Notes: generated by a model from the letters alone, not told the origin. 61,728 bases of DNA, filler included, from Choristocarpus tenellus KU-1152 (GCA_964200185.2; 6 parts of 6 records of this genome joined end to end with filler, not necessarily neighbours in it); one strand, 5' to 3'; positions 39,271-52,600 are shown, counted from the whole stretch's first letter. Made by a program: numbers and translations.

Positions 39271-39528
39271 GAGCCAAAGTATCGTACAGGGTAGAGCGCG
39301 TCCATCTGGGGACCAAAATCCGACGTTGCAATTTCGACGTAATTTTGGCTATCGTGCTTGTTAGGAAAGTGTCAATACCCTTGTCCCGGACACACCTTTT
39401 CATAACATTCACATTTTACCTACTCCGAAATATTTTGGATTAGGAAAATGTCATAAAAACTCCGAGGGAAGCCAAGCCCCAAATGGACAAACATGGCAAA
39501 ACTCGTACCCTCTAAGATACTTTCACTT
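39271..39528. mobile_element. Fold-back MITE (258 bp), probably PIF/Harbinger (Tourist-like), inserted in Gypsy gag
   Basis: TIRs gagccaaagtatcgtacagggta and taccctctaagatactttcactt, with 3-bp TSD TTG. Removal restores the gag frame. Confidence 0.85.
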
Positions 39529-40888
39529 TTGGTTCATTTCGTTTCGTATGTCTGGGCCCACTCATAAATCCTCCAATTTTCGGCTTCCTCATTTACCAGC
39601 CCAAAGATCTGGTCTGGATCCGTTTTGAGCTCAGGGTCCTAAGCTACATATTTAGAAATTTCAGCCTTAAACTCAGGGGGTATAAAACCTGCAATAAAGG
39701 CCTCCAAGAGTAACTTCCCCGACCCTGCCTTTCAAGCCTCCCCTACTTGTCCAACATTCTGTCGGAAAGTGCCATCCAGATTATTATCTTCCAGATGGCC
39801 CTCAATGTCCTGGATCACTCCCATGACCCGATCAGCAGTGGACCTTCATTTCCAATCCAGGCCACCCTCTGCAAATCCCTTTATATTTGCCCAATGTCGA
39901 AGGTTCTGTTTTCGTCATTGACTTGCTCCACCTTCTTAAGTGCCTTAAGGAGTTGCTCCTTTGTAGTCCAATTGCTTTTTAGTTCGCCCGTCACCAGTGC
40001 TACTCTCTGAGCAACGGTTAAGGACTCGGACAGAGTCATAGCACGGATGCCATACTCCCTCACCTCCTTCTCAGCAAGTCTCTCAACCTGTGGAGGTTGA
40101 ATATGCTGCGCTATCTGCAATTTAGACCAGTCTCACACAAGCCCCCCCAGGCTGCACCAGGTCCATCTCCGTCATTCCTTGACATATTGGACCCTGTCAA
40201 TCAAGTAACTATGCTGGTTTCTCCCCGATTGTGGGCACTCCAAGCTCCAGCAAGCTCCTGTGATCACATGTTGGCCTTCCCCAGTCAATTCTAGTGCCCC
40301 GCTCAATCCTAAGGTCAGGTCTCAAGAATTGAATTGAAATATAGACCGTTCAACCACAGGAACTGATCTATGATAGCTTGTAAGGACTCCACCCCACGTT
40401 GGGGCTTACAGCTCTGTTATTTGTTAAAGGAGTGAGTATAGGTCCTGTCAGGACCACATATGCTCCAAACATCAAAAATGCAAACGCCTCAGCTATGTTA
40501 GGAAAACCCTCCATGTTGTGTCTACAGGCCTCCGTCATGATGTGGGCTTGCTTGACTTTGTCCTCCACCTCTGCTTTCACTCCATTCAATTTGATCTCCA
40601 CCTCAACTCATTGTTTCGTGAGGATGGTCTCAGAGTGTCAGCAGTTGCCTGCTTTGCTTCAAGCACAGTCGAGTCAATAGCAGCAGAACCCTGCTACGTG
40701 ATCCGTCTAGCATCTTGAACCACACATGCTTTGCCTATGCCGGTGATAACAAGCTCGTCCTTCTAAATTTCATTATTCTTTTTAGTCGTCTGAGATCTCT
40801 TCCACACACCGCCTACTCTTCTCCTAAACACCTTCACGGAGTTGCCCATTTCCAAAACACTTGTCCCAGCAACCACACAAAGGAGCTG

Positions 40889-41390
40889 GAGTGAAAGTAT
40901 CTTAGAGGGTACGAGTTTTTCCCTTTTTGTCCATTTGGGGCTTGGCTTCCCACGGGCTTTTAGTGACATTTTACCTACTCCAAAATATTTTGGAGTAGGT
41001 AAAATATGTATGTTACGAAATGGTGTGTCCGGAACAAGGACGTTAACATCTCTTAAAGTTTCATCAAAATTGCAACATTGGATTTTGACCCCAAATGGAC
41101 GCGGCTCTACCCTCTAAGATACTTTTGTGGAGAGTGAAAGTATCTTAGAGGGTACGAGTTTTGCCCTGTTTGTCCATTTGGGGCTTGGCTTCCTACGATT
41201 TTTTTAATGACATTTTCCTACTCCAAAATGTTTCAAAGTAGGTAAAATGTAAACGTTATGAAAAGGTGTGTCCAGAACAAGAATATTGACACTTCCTAAC
41301 AACCACAATAGCCAAAACTACATCATAATCGCAACATTGGATTTTTTCCCCCAAATGGACGCGGAACTACCCTCTAAGACACTTTGACTC
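40889..41390. mobile_element. Two tandem copies of the fold-back MITE (40889-~41128 and 41132-41390)
   Basis: Both begin gagtgaaagtatcttagagggtacgagtttt and end taccctctaagaYacttt, in opposite orientation to the 39271 copy. Confidence 0.88.
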
Positions 41391-41570
41391 TCAGTGAGGT
41401 ACGGTTTGTTGCCAAAGAAGCCTTACAAGTCTCTCTACATCAGCCATCGAGAACTTTTCTGACAAATTTCGTATTCCATTATATAGAAGGGAAGCACATA
41501 GAAAAAGTGAATAAAAATCCCCACATACAGGCCCAAAGTATCTGGGAGGGGGGGGGGGCCCAGACCAAGG

Positions 41571-41670
41571 NNNNNNNNNNNNNNNNNNNNNNNNNNNNNN
41601 NNNNNNNNNNNNNNTTAATTAATTAANNNNNNNNNNNNNNNNNNNNNNNNNNNNNNNNNNNNNNNNNNNN
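41571..41670. other. Artificial contig linker
   Basis: N44-TTAATTAATTAA-N44. Confidence 0.97.
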
Positions 41671-42649
41671 GGTGTTGGCAAATGTTTTTTCCTTTTTTGT
41701 TCCCCCCCCCCCCCCCCTCCACTCTTTCCTGTGTGCTCTGATGGTTTACTACTGTGTTTTGTAACTGTTCTTATTGTGTGTGTGTGTTGTGTGTTTGTGT
41801 GTACTTTTGTTTTTTAATCAGTCGACAGTGGGCGCAACTAGCTCTGAACAGGCAAATCACAAACCTCCTCCGGAAGACTCTAGCTATGGCCAAGGTGGGT
41901 AATGGGACCCAGTATTTCTTTGTTTATCGAGAGGCTCTTTTTTTATATATTTTTTTAATCTTTTTGTCAAAACCTCACCTGAGAAAGTTGTGAGATGAGG
42001 CAACCTTGTTGCACCATTGGCCTTATGACCCTTTTACTCCTCTCCGTTTCCTTGAAAAATGCCTAATTGATATACTTTTTATTTTCATATTACCTATGAT
42101 ACCCTGGAAGGCCTGTTTGGATCTGTCTAAAGAAGATTATAAAACCGTCTTGCCTCTGTTGATTTGATCAATCAGAGCCCCACTCACAAATATTCCTACA
42201 CCATGCACATCTTATTTCTTATCAGTGAACCATGCAGATCCCTGGTCTGAACCAGAGGGTACAGTCTGGGTTCAGTGGACTCATATATTGGGGGGGTGTT
42301 GGGTATGCTGTCTACCTCTCAATGATTATGTCCCCCTAAACCTCGTGGTTAGCTTAAGGATTGAGGGGGGTTAGTAGTTACGCTAATACTTCATGGAGAC
42401 TGGATAATTATTTGTACCAAACATCCAAGTGCTATGCACCTGTGAGTCTTGCTTGAAACCTGTGACCCCTAGGTCCACAGAATAATTCTCAAGCTGCTTT
42501 GGGTCTCACTAATAGGTTAACCTTGGTCCCATGGATGTAAACATCATATCGGTTCTGGGTCCATGCCAGAGTGTGGACTCTGAGGCCAGGTCTAGGGGCT
42601 ACTGTGTGGGTCCTGGATCGAATCTGAGTTTGCACTCATTCATAGGTCA

Positions 42650-45600
42650 AGTTAAATGCACCTGGAACCAGAGCTGGACCTGTACTGTGCCTTTGTAACA
42701 CCTTGGAAGACCCCCACAGGCATCCTTCTTATTTCTTCTGTCTGCCCATTGTTTTCTACCTTGCTCCCTCAACATTGTCTTGGTTATTGCTGCATACATA
42801 TGTGCAATAGTTGACACGCTCCTTGTGCCTTTCTGATATCCTGTTGAATTCCTGTTGTTGTATTTTCCATTTTCATTGCTCAGGTCCTGCGAGTGGACAT
42901 GAGAGAGATACTGTACGATTATAAATTTATGGCCATGTTTCAGGATCTGGTCAGGAAGTCTGGTGAGTGAAGCATATCCCTTTAGTGGTAGCAAGAAAGG
43001 GTGCGTATGGTGAGGAGTGTTGTGTGTGCATGTGAAGTAGGGGGAGAGGAGATTGTGTGAGGAAGAATAATGTCAGTTTGTAAAACTCCAGGGTATTTAC
43101 CCATTGCTTCCTTGCTGTCTCTTGTGTATATCTGCTGGCTCAATTTCTTGCTTTGGGGGAGGGGGAGAGGGGTGTAAGTGACAGGGTGCAATGAAGTGTG
43201 TGCTGAGATATTTTAGAGCCTGTGCTAATAGAGGGAGCTTTTTCACTGAAACTGCCTCGTCCACATCCCCCGTGCTTGGTGGGTGGGAAGAGGGTGCACA
43301 TGAGGAAACAAGGGGACCAACAATTGTATGCAAATTTAGGTGTGCCTCCCTCCCCTGGCGATCTATCCGTGCCTTAAGGATAAGGCCACTGCCTTAAGGA
43401 TAAGGCCACTGCGACATGTCTTACAGTAATCACCTCTGCCGTAATGGCACAGATAAATGTCCACCCACCTGACCTCTGTCCTCACCTGATGGTGTTGATG
43501 CCCTACACACCTTGCCGTTATTTTATTTTACTCCCTGAAGAATCAGGAGAGCTCACAAGGCAAGCGCCCTATATTCCATTCAATGTCCCAGTGGATATTC
43601 CTCCGTACATTCGAGCTCTTGCCTCCAATTCTGGCGCGGTGTCCCAGAGGATTGTTATACTAGGGCAGTCTCAATTTGAGAACAATGTCATGTGGACGGA
43701 GCTATTTATGAGCTCGGACAGTGCCAATAGGATGTACTCAACTAATGCAATGGTGAGCAAAGGAGCTGTGGAGATCATCGTACGAAAAATTGTTCCTTAT
43801 CTGATGTCTGGATTGATCCATTCAGATTTTCTTGAGGGGGGGAGTCCCTCCTTAATCGGAACCTGTAGTAGGTGGCGGGCGTTTTATCCTGTGGAAGGTC
43901 CCTGTGTGTTTTTGCATATCTTTCGAAAAGGCATGCTTGGTGGTGATTTCTCAATGCAACAAAACCTTGTCCAAGTGCATATGGAGTGTATGCTATGCTA
44001 TTGATATGTCACGTGATAGGTATCTGCCTGTTCCTCACTATATGGTGTATCGCAAAAACACCTCCTTCGAATGGAAAGGACTAGTTGTCGTGGGCCCCCC
44101 CGCAAGCCACCACTCCCTCTTGCTCTTTGAGATGAATGTTGAGATGAAAGCACACCGTCCCCCATGATATGACCTTGTTCCCATCTACACTCTCCTTACT
44201 GCCCTCGTTGCTGTAAACATCCACCCCCCTAAAGTCTATCCCTCCCATCCCTCCTGGACCTGCCCCATCTACAAATGAATGCAGGATGTGTGGGCAACAT
44301 GCATTCATCCTGAAGACCACGAGGAGTTCCTTGACTCGTTGGCGAGGCAGCTCTTCAGTGTCCCTTGCCCGTTTTCTGAGTGTTCACATGTACTAAGGGT
44401 GAGAACTGGGGTACCACTTTGGTGACGACAAGGCTATGAGAGGATAAAGACTTCATCACTGTGTGACTGATCCCAACTCACTTGTCGACTGCTGCTTGAC
44501 ACATCCTGCATTTCCTCTATGACTGTTGCTGCTGCCAATGCACCCCACCCCCTCTACTCTTTTTCCCCCTTACAATATACTTGCTTCTCTATCGGGACCT
44601 GCTTCCTGCGCTCTCATGATCGCCAGTGTGTAGATCATAGTGGAGTGGATTTCCTGGCCCTGGTGCGATTCCGCTGCTACTTCAAGGATGGTGGTGACTA
44701 TGCAGCATACGCACTTAGTATCAATCCTCTTCCTCGGTCCCGTCACCTCCATGAGGTTGGCTCAGTTGTGGACTTCATTGTGAGCTCCCCTTCTCCCCTA
44801 CCTTGAGCATTGTGCATACATCGGGCGATGCAGAACAGAAAATATGCATGTAATGGTGTTACTGGACTGCTACTGTGGCACAGCGCTTGGTTGTATTGTC
44901 AAGAGTGTAATACTCTTGTATGTACCATCGTAGGGTTTAGCACTGCTTTCTCCCCCACAGTGCTCAACACCTTGGTGATAAAGGGCGGGTGCTTTCTTGT
45001 TTCTTGCATTACTAGGCGTCAGTTGGAACAGGCAAAAGGCACCCTCCTACATGTGCCCTCACTCTCCCCTTTGTCCCCAGCTATTAAATTGTGTTTTTTG
45101 TTCACATTTTGACGATTTTGTTGTTTGTGACAGAAGCCCTGTACCCCAACCTCAATTGGCCACATTCCCCTTCGCTTGCCCTTTGCACACAAGAATTCTC
45201 CCCTTTGGCATGTCCTGTGTGCCTCTTTTCCATCTATCCCCCACCCTGCAATACCCTCTCTCCATCTATAGATATAGCCCTCCCTTACTGCCATGTACTT
45301 TGAAGTATGGATATATGTTTTCCCCTGCTCTATTTGAATTCCCCCCCTTTTGTCCTCTTTCCTGTACCCCTTTCTTCTATAACCTGACCTTATCCACACC
45401 ATCCCGGTTGGTACTCTGGTCTTTCCCCACCCTGAAATAGAGGATACTGGCAATGCCAATCATGAGTCTATAAATGCACAGCATAGCAGTAATGGAGGGA
45501 TGTCCCTCCCAAAGCACCCCCATTCGTTGACTGAAAAGAGTGTTCCTTAATGCCCCTGTCTCTGTGCCAGGCTGAGCCTGGACCTGGGACTGGAATTGTA

Positions 45601-45983
45601 GTCAGGAGCGAAGGAGGTCCTGGGGCTGGTATTGGGAGTGAGGCCGTGGTGGAGGACATGGGCAGGGAGAGGGGAATGGACTCCCCAGCCTACAGGGCAC
45701 GAGAGGAGGGCGTTCCAATTTCACAAGGGAGTTTGCTATTGCAGCAAGAGTTGTCCAGGCACCAGTGTGACAATGGGAGTGGTGAGGGGGATAGGCGATT
45801 ATTGAACCAGGACCTCCAGGGCCGAGTGAGGGCTGTCGGACTCAACAGGATCCCTGAGGGTGTTGATCTGGGTGCAGGTTCGGCTATAGAGCCCAGCCAT
45901 GTACACAGAGAAGATCAACTGGGCTCTAGGATGACAGATGACGTGACTGGTGTGCACCCTGGAGATATGGAAGGCATGAGGCA
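42650..45983 (-). mobile_element. Heavily decayed LINE-like element, possibly with RNase H
   Basis: Weak motif remnants in the expected order: endonuclease end (RDPVESD), RT (CIVTTIL; HSFVDG), RNase H-like (QIYTRDSK; SHVHSQDLSNE). All are degenerate. Confidence 0.4.
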
Positions 45984-46083
45984 NNNNNNNNNNNNNNNNN
46001 NNNNNNNNNNNNNNNNNNNNNNNNNNNTTAATTAATTAANNNNNNNNNNNNNNNNNNNNNNNNNNNNNNNNNNNNNNNNNNNN
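45984..46083. other. Artificial contig linker
   Basis: N44-TTAATTAATTAA-N44. Confidence 0.97.
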
Positions 46084-46174
46084 CATCCCCCCCCCCCCCC
46101 CCCCCCCAGCCTCTGTAACGCTGGGGCAAGCCGGGGGGGGGGGGGGGGGGGGGGGGGGGGATCGTCTCATCCAG

Positions 46175-46457
46175 TGTAGTGAAGACAGTGGAGGTGGGTT
46201 TCATGGTGTTGGTCCCAAGGTGTGTGGTGACAGGGGAGCGTGTAGCAGCTGCGGTGGTACAGTATGGGCATGGACTGTTTGGCGATCGTTCTGAGATAAG
46301 AGATGGCTTCCTGGGGAAGCTGGCGGAGGAGGGGGCGTGGGTGCTGGTTTCGGTGGACTGGAGGGGTATGGGGAGGTTGGATCTGCCTGTGGTGGCAAGG
46401 GCGTTAATGGCACGACCAGAGATGTTGTTTGGGGGGATTGCTGAGGAGATGATGCAG
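46175..46457 (+). CDS. Exon of a bacterial-type alpha/beta-hydrolase-like protein (partial)
   Basis: FMVLVPRC...VQYGHGLFGDRSE...LAEEGAWVLVSVDWRGMG matches the HG / D-x-R-G-x-G pattern of the hydrolase fold. It ends at a good donor CAG|GTGGGA. No other exons recognised. Confidence 0.6.
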
Positions 46458-48653
46458 GTGGGACTCTCTCTGTGTGTGTGTGAAGGAATTGGTTATCTTG
46501 TGGTTGTACCAGGGGAGACAATCTTGAAGGCAGAGGGAGGAGGGGTAAGAAGGGATGGGGGAATGGAGTATTGAAACTTCCTGGTGGCTGTGGGAGGTGT
46601 AGGGATCTGCAGCTTGACCAGTTTGTACAATTGGGTTTTATTAGACTTAGCTTTTCATCTCAGATAGTACCCCCAAGAGTTACGGTGTCAAGAATGCGCC
46701 ACTCTCACACTTCTTATCCTACTTCTCCTCTCTTCAAATGACGTTTTCTTTTCCACTGTGCCATCTAGAATCTCCTACTGCACCCGGTCTACCCTCACAC
46801 TCACACTATGCGCAGGAAGTCGCTAGTAGCTAGTTCTACTGCTAAGGAAGACCCTGAGAATTTCATCAGTTTTCCTTCTTTGCAGCACATGTTGCTTGAC
46901 ATATTTTGCCTCATCTCACTCAAGAAGGAGGGACTTTCCAGTCAACCTATGGAGAAAGAGACCCCTTTTGTGCCTTGCCAGACTAGACCAATAATCAGAA
47001 ACCGCTTGAAGGTCCTCCACGAAATGAGCTCCTCTCTAACATCTTCCACCTTGGATGGAACACTCTGGGGCTCAAGATATCAGCTTTGAGTTGATGTGAA
47101 ACTCACTCACTGAACTGATCAGTGAGTCGTTTCAACCAGCGCTATAAATAGGCTCCGGTTAGTTGGTATGGTATGGTATGGTATGGTATTGTTTTTATGT
47201 GACACGTGATGCAGTCCGCGTGGATGTCTTTCTTTATTTATTTATTTCTTTTTCTAGATAACATTCACTCTTGTGTTTTATCTGTTTCGTGTAATTCTGA
47301 TCTGCGGCTCTCTTTGTACAGAGCAGTGCCTATTTTATTTTTATTTTTGTGCACATTAGTTTTATTTAGATGCTGGTAGAAGTCGGTTCGTTTTCAAACG
47401 TACCATCCTATTAGGTGCATGCAATCAATGCGCCGTGAATCTTTAGAAGAAACTCGAACGCCTTAGAAGGTCCCCTTTACATCCCCGTCTGATTTGTCAG
47501 TCATTTAATAAAATAAATCAAATAAGGTAGCTTTGATCGTAAGGATTTTGATTTGCCCTCATTGATGAGATTACTCACAGCACCATCGTATCGCCCGGGG
47601 ATTTTCCACTTTTGACAAATAAAAATATATATTCCTAGGGATCAGTCGAAGTATAGATGAACTGCTTGACCCGGTCCCTTGCCTCTTACAACACGATGTT
47701 TGTTTGAACCTTGTGGTGTGCTCTTAAGCGAGAGCAGACCCCTCGACAAAGAGGAGTGCTCTCTCTTGAAGACCCATAAATATGAAGTACAAATACCCTA
47801 CAACATTAAGGACACTTTCCGATTAATAGTTACGTTCATGTCCTTAATTTTTTAGGGCACTCTTTGAAACCGTGCTATTGAAGGAGGTACACTTGTGTGA
47901 GTGAACTCTGAAAAGGGCTGTCAATCCCCTACCTCAATCGCTGTCGCTCAGTCCCCCTCCCCCTCTCCCTCTCCCTCTCCCTCCACAGCCCCCTTCCGTT
48001 CCCCTGCGCTGCCTTGCCAGTATCCTCTACTTCAGCAACAGTCCTGGAACGTTCATTTATAGAGTATTGTAACCAGGAAAGTTCTGAAGGCGATGGTTAC
48101 TAACTGCAACAGTAGTGTTGCAGATACCCTGATGACATTCCCAACCTGTACCCTCTTTTGGCAAACAGGGTTTTGTGAACCAGGAGTCTGTGTTGACTCT
48201 GGTATCACAGCGGCTGGGGGACTTCGTAGGAGAGCAGGCGCTTCCCCTGGTGGCACCTCCTGTGGTATGTTTCTACGGGATTTCTCAGGGTGCCATCCTT
48301 GGGGCTGGTTACACGAGCTTTTCCTCGCTGGTGAGGGAGGAGAACTAGGGTAGCACCGAAATCCACCTTGTAACTCACAGACAGGTGGTAGTTGAAGAAT
48401 TGGGACTGTGGGGTTGTGCTGTAGCTCATTCAAGCTGGCTACTGAACAAGTGTGTCGCGCTCCTGGGCGAAATGCTGGAGTAATGCGGCACCCTCTGTAC
48501 TGCTGTCGGGACATACTCACTAAGTGTTGTGTCTGGACAGGGGGGGAAGGGGGGGGGGGGGGGAGGGAGGCTTGGGCATTACCCAATGCGGGGGGATGGA
48601 GTTTGGGAGCTGAAGTAAAGAAGTCATATTATTGGTTTGTTTGCNNNNNNNNT

Positions 48654-48690
<37 letters not shown>

Positions 48691-49038
48691 AGGTGGCCTT
48701 GGCTTGTCTCCATGCTGGGGGTATGTAGTTGGGAGTCGTAGATAAGATCTGCTATTGATGGATCGATTGCAGCGCTGAGTGGTAGGTCTCGAGTGTTGTT
48801 TCATTGGTTGTTTTTGTTGCTGTTGTTGGCAGGCTGTATCTTTTGGACTGGCTCTATTGACATCTGGGCCGCACGGGCGGTTGTCATTTTCTTTTTTTTG
48901 TCAAATTGATGTTAACCGTTTCTAAGAGTGTGCTTCTTGGCGCAACAACACTTGCTGTAGGTGAATACCACTCGAACGTAGGTTTTCTCAACCAAGTTGG
49001 CTTTTTTTCCTACAACACCCGAGAGGTAGACTACAGAA

Positions 49039-49076
49039 CTAACCCTAAACCTAACCCTAACCCTAACCCTAAACCT
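49039..49076. repeat. Interstitial telomere-like (CCCTAA), ~6 units
   Basis: ctaaccctaaacctaaccctaaccctaaccctaaacct. Shorter tracts at ~19836, 27394 and 31817. Confidence 0.8.
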
Positions 49077-49477
49077 GATGCACAGTGCAACGTGAAGAAA
49101 TAAAACCTACAACTCGCCTTTGGTTACCCCTTCGAGCCCTGCCCCGTTGCTCAGTAACTGTACCTTGCCAGTGGACTACTTTTGTGCAATAGAGGTAGAA
49201 ATGAGTTTCTTCTCCTAAAACGCTCCTACCTCTTCTCATGTAGCGCTCAGTGACATTTCCCTGCAATGGTGTCAAATTATGTGCTTCCCCAACACGTTTT
49301 GACTTGGATTCTCTCCTTTCTTGCCCTGGTATTCTCACACTACATACAATATTATTTCCTTGGTTTGAAGTGCCGACATCTCAAATATCCAAATATGTTA
49401 TGGTTTTCATCAACCTAACCTGCCCCCCCCCCCCCCCCCCCCCCCCCCTTTTCTTCTCTTTTTTCTCTCTCGCCTCT

Positions 49478-49577
49478 NNNNNNNNNNNNNNNNNNNNNNN
49501 NNNNNNNNNNNNNNNNNNNNNTTAATTAATTAANNNNNNNNNNNNNNNNNNNNNNNNNNNNNNNNNNNNNNNNNNNN
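49478..49577. other. Artificial contig linker
   Basis: N44-TTAATTAATTAA-N44. Confidence 0.97.
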
Positions 49578-49642
49578 ATGGGAAGCCAAGCCCCAAATGG
49601 ACAAACAGGGCAAAAATCATACCCTCTATGATACTTTCACTC
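49578..49642. mobile_element. Terminal fragment of the fold-back MITE at the contig start
   Basis: gggaagccaagccccaaatggacaaacagggcaaaa...taccctctatgatactttcactc matches 39466-39528. Confidence 0.85.
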
Positions 49643-52600
49643 GGATGCCTCACCATGTCCTAGCAGCATTGGTGTATAGTGGCCATGAAATTAATGTGGT
49701 GGATTGGGGAAAAATCTGTTCCTTGCTTTCAAGGTTATGCCCAGGCTGCTGTCAGATTTCATGCTGATGGGGGTTGATGCCAAAGAGATCTCTACTATAG
49801 ACACCTGCAAACCAACACAACTCCCCAGATGACCTCCAGCATGTGTTTTCAAAGTGCTCCCTGATTCAGTTGAAAGGATAGGCTGCTTTGATGTGAGTTG
49901 TCAGCGAGAAACAGAGTAGCGAGCATTTGTGACACGTAGAAACTGTTTAATGCACAGAATATAAGAATCTTTCTTGTTTACTCCTGTTGTATTTCCGTAA
50001 AGGTTGCTATCACTGAACCTTCATATTGTAACTATTTTGAGTCTGCGGCTTTATGTGTTGTATTCTAAAATTGCTTCTATCACTGATTCAAATACACTCA
50101 CAGTGTTGACCACTGAGGCGAAGGATGTATCTCTTGGTGGTTTGGCCAAGGAGGAACTGTGGCACAAGAAAAAATAGTAACGTTTAGAGCCTGGTGCTAG
50201 AACTACAGTGCTAACTTTCTAGATGAGAATGAGGGCGCGATTTTCTAAGCACAGAGGGCAATGCAGTTGGTAGGACTAGCTTTTTGATATGAGATGCCCC
50301 TGTTAACATGTTAGGCAGCTGGAAAAGGAGGGATAGTATAGGATACATGAGGACTAGAGACCAACACAGAGATTTTCATGGCCAGACAATTGTGCACTTG
50401 GAATAGGACTCAGGTGACTGGCAGGAAATGGGACTGAAGAGCTGGAACAAATAACATATTTGTGCCACTACATATTCAGAGTAGAGAGTAGAGTAGGGGA
50501 TTTTTGAAGTATGTGATTCAGTCAACAGTTAACAGGACGTCATTTTACCGAGAGGCAATGGAATGAGGAGAGGAATGCTATCCTATTACAATTATGAGCT
50601 CTAGTGATTGTATGCAGATCAGAACAGAGTTGATTCTTGAATGGTGTAAGTTGGAAACATGGGTAGAAGAGGCTCAACCCCACCTTGGGTGCATCGTTCC
50701 CTTGGTCAACATCTGACTTGACAGCTACTCGTACAACAAATACAGGAGAGGAGAGTCCACCTTGGGAGATCCACCTAACAACCTCTCGGCGTAGGCAGAG
50801 TGTTGACAACGTGTTGCTTGACAGAAGGTCGATTGAGCTGCCAACACTTACTGTGTACCCTATGTTCCCCTACTTCCTTTCCTACCTGTGAATTTGACTC
50901 TCTGTGTTTTTAACTAGGGGTGTACGAATGCAAGGTACTGACTGGGCCGCAGTAAGGGCTGGTATGCTTCCCCACAAGGATGTGCAAGCATTGATGTACA
51001 GGTGAGTTTCCAGGTGTATGTGGCAACAGTTTATTCTACAGTCTCGTGCAGTGAACACATTTGTTGAGCCTTTAGCAAATGGCACACCTTTCCATTTTCT
51101 GATTGTGTTTGACTTTTTTATCGTGATGAATGATCCAGCTTGAAGGCTGAAATCAGTTGTGCTCGCCACCGGTTGAGTTGGAGTGGGTAATCCGTTCTAA
51201 TCTGATTTTTCTACATTGCATGCCCCGATGATTTCTTGAAAGACATTGCTTGTGTAACATCAGAGAATCAATGGTTTTTGCTCAAAACAAGAGATGACTT
51301 AGGAGGAGAACATAAATTTTCCAGGAAATGTGTTCTATTTGACCAGTGCATAGTACTTGTGGTTGAAGTGTTGGAGAAAAGGTCCTTTGTGGATGTGCAC
51401 ACTAAGGACAAGCACAATATTTTCGGCAATGATATGGAAGAACATAGCAAATATTCTGTTATAGCAAGCGCAAGCATCACGGACCAAATCACCTCAGCAA
51501 GACTGAGCTGTTTCGTTAATCCTTTCTCTTTAAAAAAAATCTCAAGTGGGGTTGAACAATAGCGAAAATTTTGGACTTCCATAATCTTATGGGCTGTGAT
51601 AAAATTTAGATTCTAATTAGAATGTTTTTCGTGTTGAAGAGGCATAAATTTGGGATAACACATACTTCTTGCAGGAACAAGGAACTTAAGAGCATTGACC
51701 ACCACTTCATTGGCAAGAGACATGTTTTCGCTGTAGTCCAGAGACTCAATCGATTTTTTTAGTTCCTCTGTAGCAGCTTTGGTCGGGTATAGGCGTGAAG
51801 GGGGGATTGCAAAGGAAGGGGGTGTGGAGAAAAGACCTGAGAAATTAGTAAGGCACAAAGTAATACCTCCTCTGTTCAGCATCAATTTGAACACTTTGGG
51901 CATCCTATTTGTGCACAAGATGGTGTCATATATCCATTTTTTTGTGGGGGTCTTGCAAAAATCTGTTGTAAGCTTACCCTAAATCTCAGCAAAAACTGAC
52001 CTTGTCTACCTATTCTACGCTGCCTGCTGTGAAGCCTCGAGAAATGCCTGCCTGAAGAGGATTTTTCTGCCTCATGAATTGCTCCAACAGAGGAAGTAAT
52101 AAAAAGAAAATAGTGGAATGGGGGCCTCCATTCTGTCTACTATTTCCTCGCTTTGCTCCAAAAGAAGTGCCATTGGTACATTTTTCTTTTTGCGCTCATT
52201 TGAGTTATCCAAGAGAGACAGTATGCAACTGCATACCAGATCATAGATTCTATTGGTGTTTGTAACAAATGCGGTGCTCTGAAATTGGGTGGTTTATCTT
52301 TGACATTGCACTCCAAATCAAAGCTCTGCCTATGCCGTTCATTCTCTTGCACCATGGGTGATTTTCAGTGCTTTCTATTGATGCACAAACTGGTGTTAAA
52401 CAATTGAGGAGTTCCTCAACACGATTTCCATGCTCTATTTCTCCACCAGGAGTGAGGAGGTTTTTGATAGATCTGTTGCTCTTGCTTCACTGTCTTTTCG
52501 AATCTGGATACTTCAAAGAGTGGGGTAACTTGTTCACCAAGGTGGAGGCAGTTGTTCACTTTTTTGTCCTGAGAACATTATCATTGTGAAATGGCACCGA

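Larger units (their letters stand above)
36052..40380 (-). mobile_element. Decayed Ty3/Gypsy LTR retrotransposon (gag-PR-RT-RH-IN) with nested insertions
   Basis: Order on the minus strand: gag with degenerate zinc knuckle (DACGKVGHNHAQC), protease ALMDPGSGIT, VFRVSLGLDPPA..P, RNase H end (RLLHW...YTIQHIAGEGNFGGDLLSRW), integrase HHCC (HMGEAGHRG...CLNC) and WVSDTASHFKN. RT is largely deleted. Confidence 0.9.

Noticed and set aside
48053-48586. 177-aa minus ORF with MGNAQ myristoylation-like start
   Set aside because: Crosses homopolymer tracts, has no recognisable domain and no supported exon chain.
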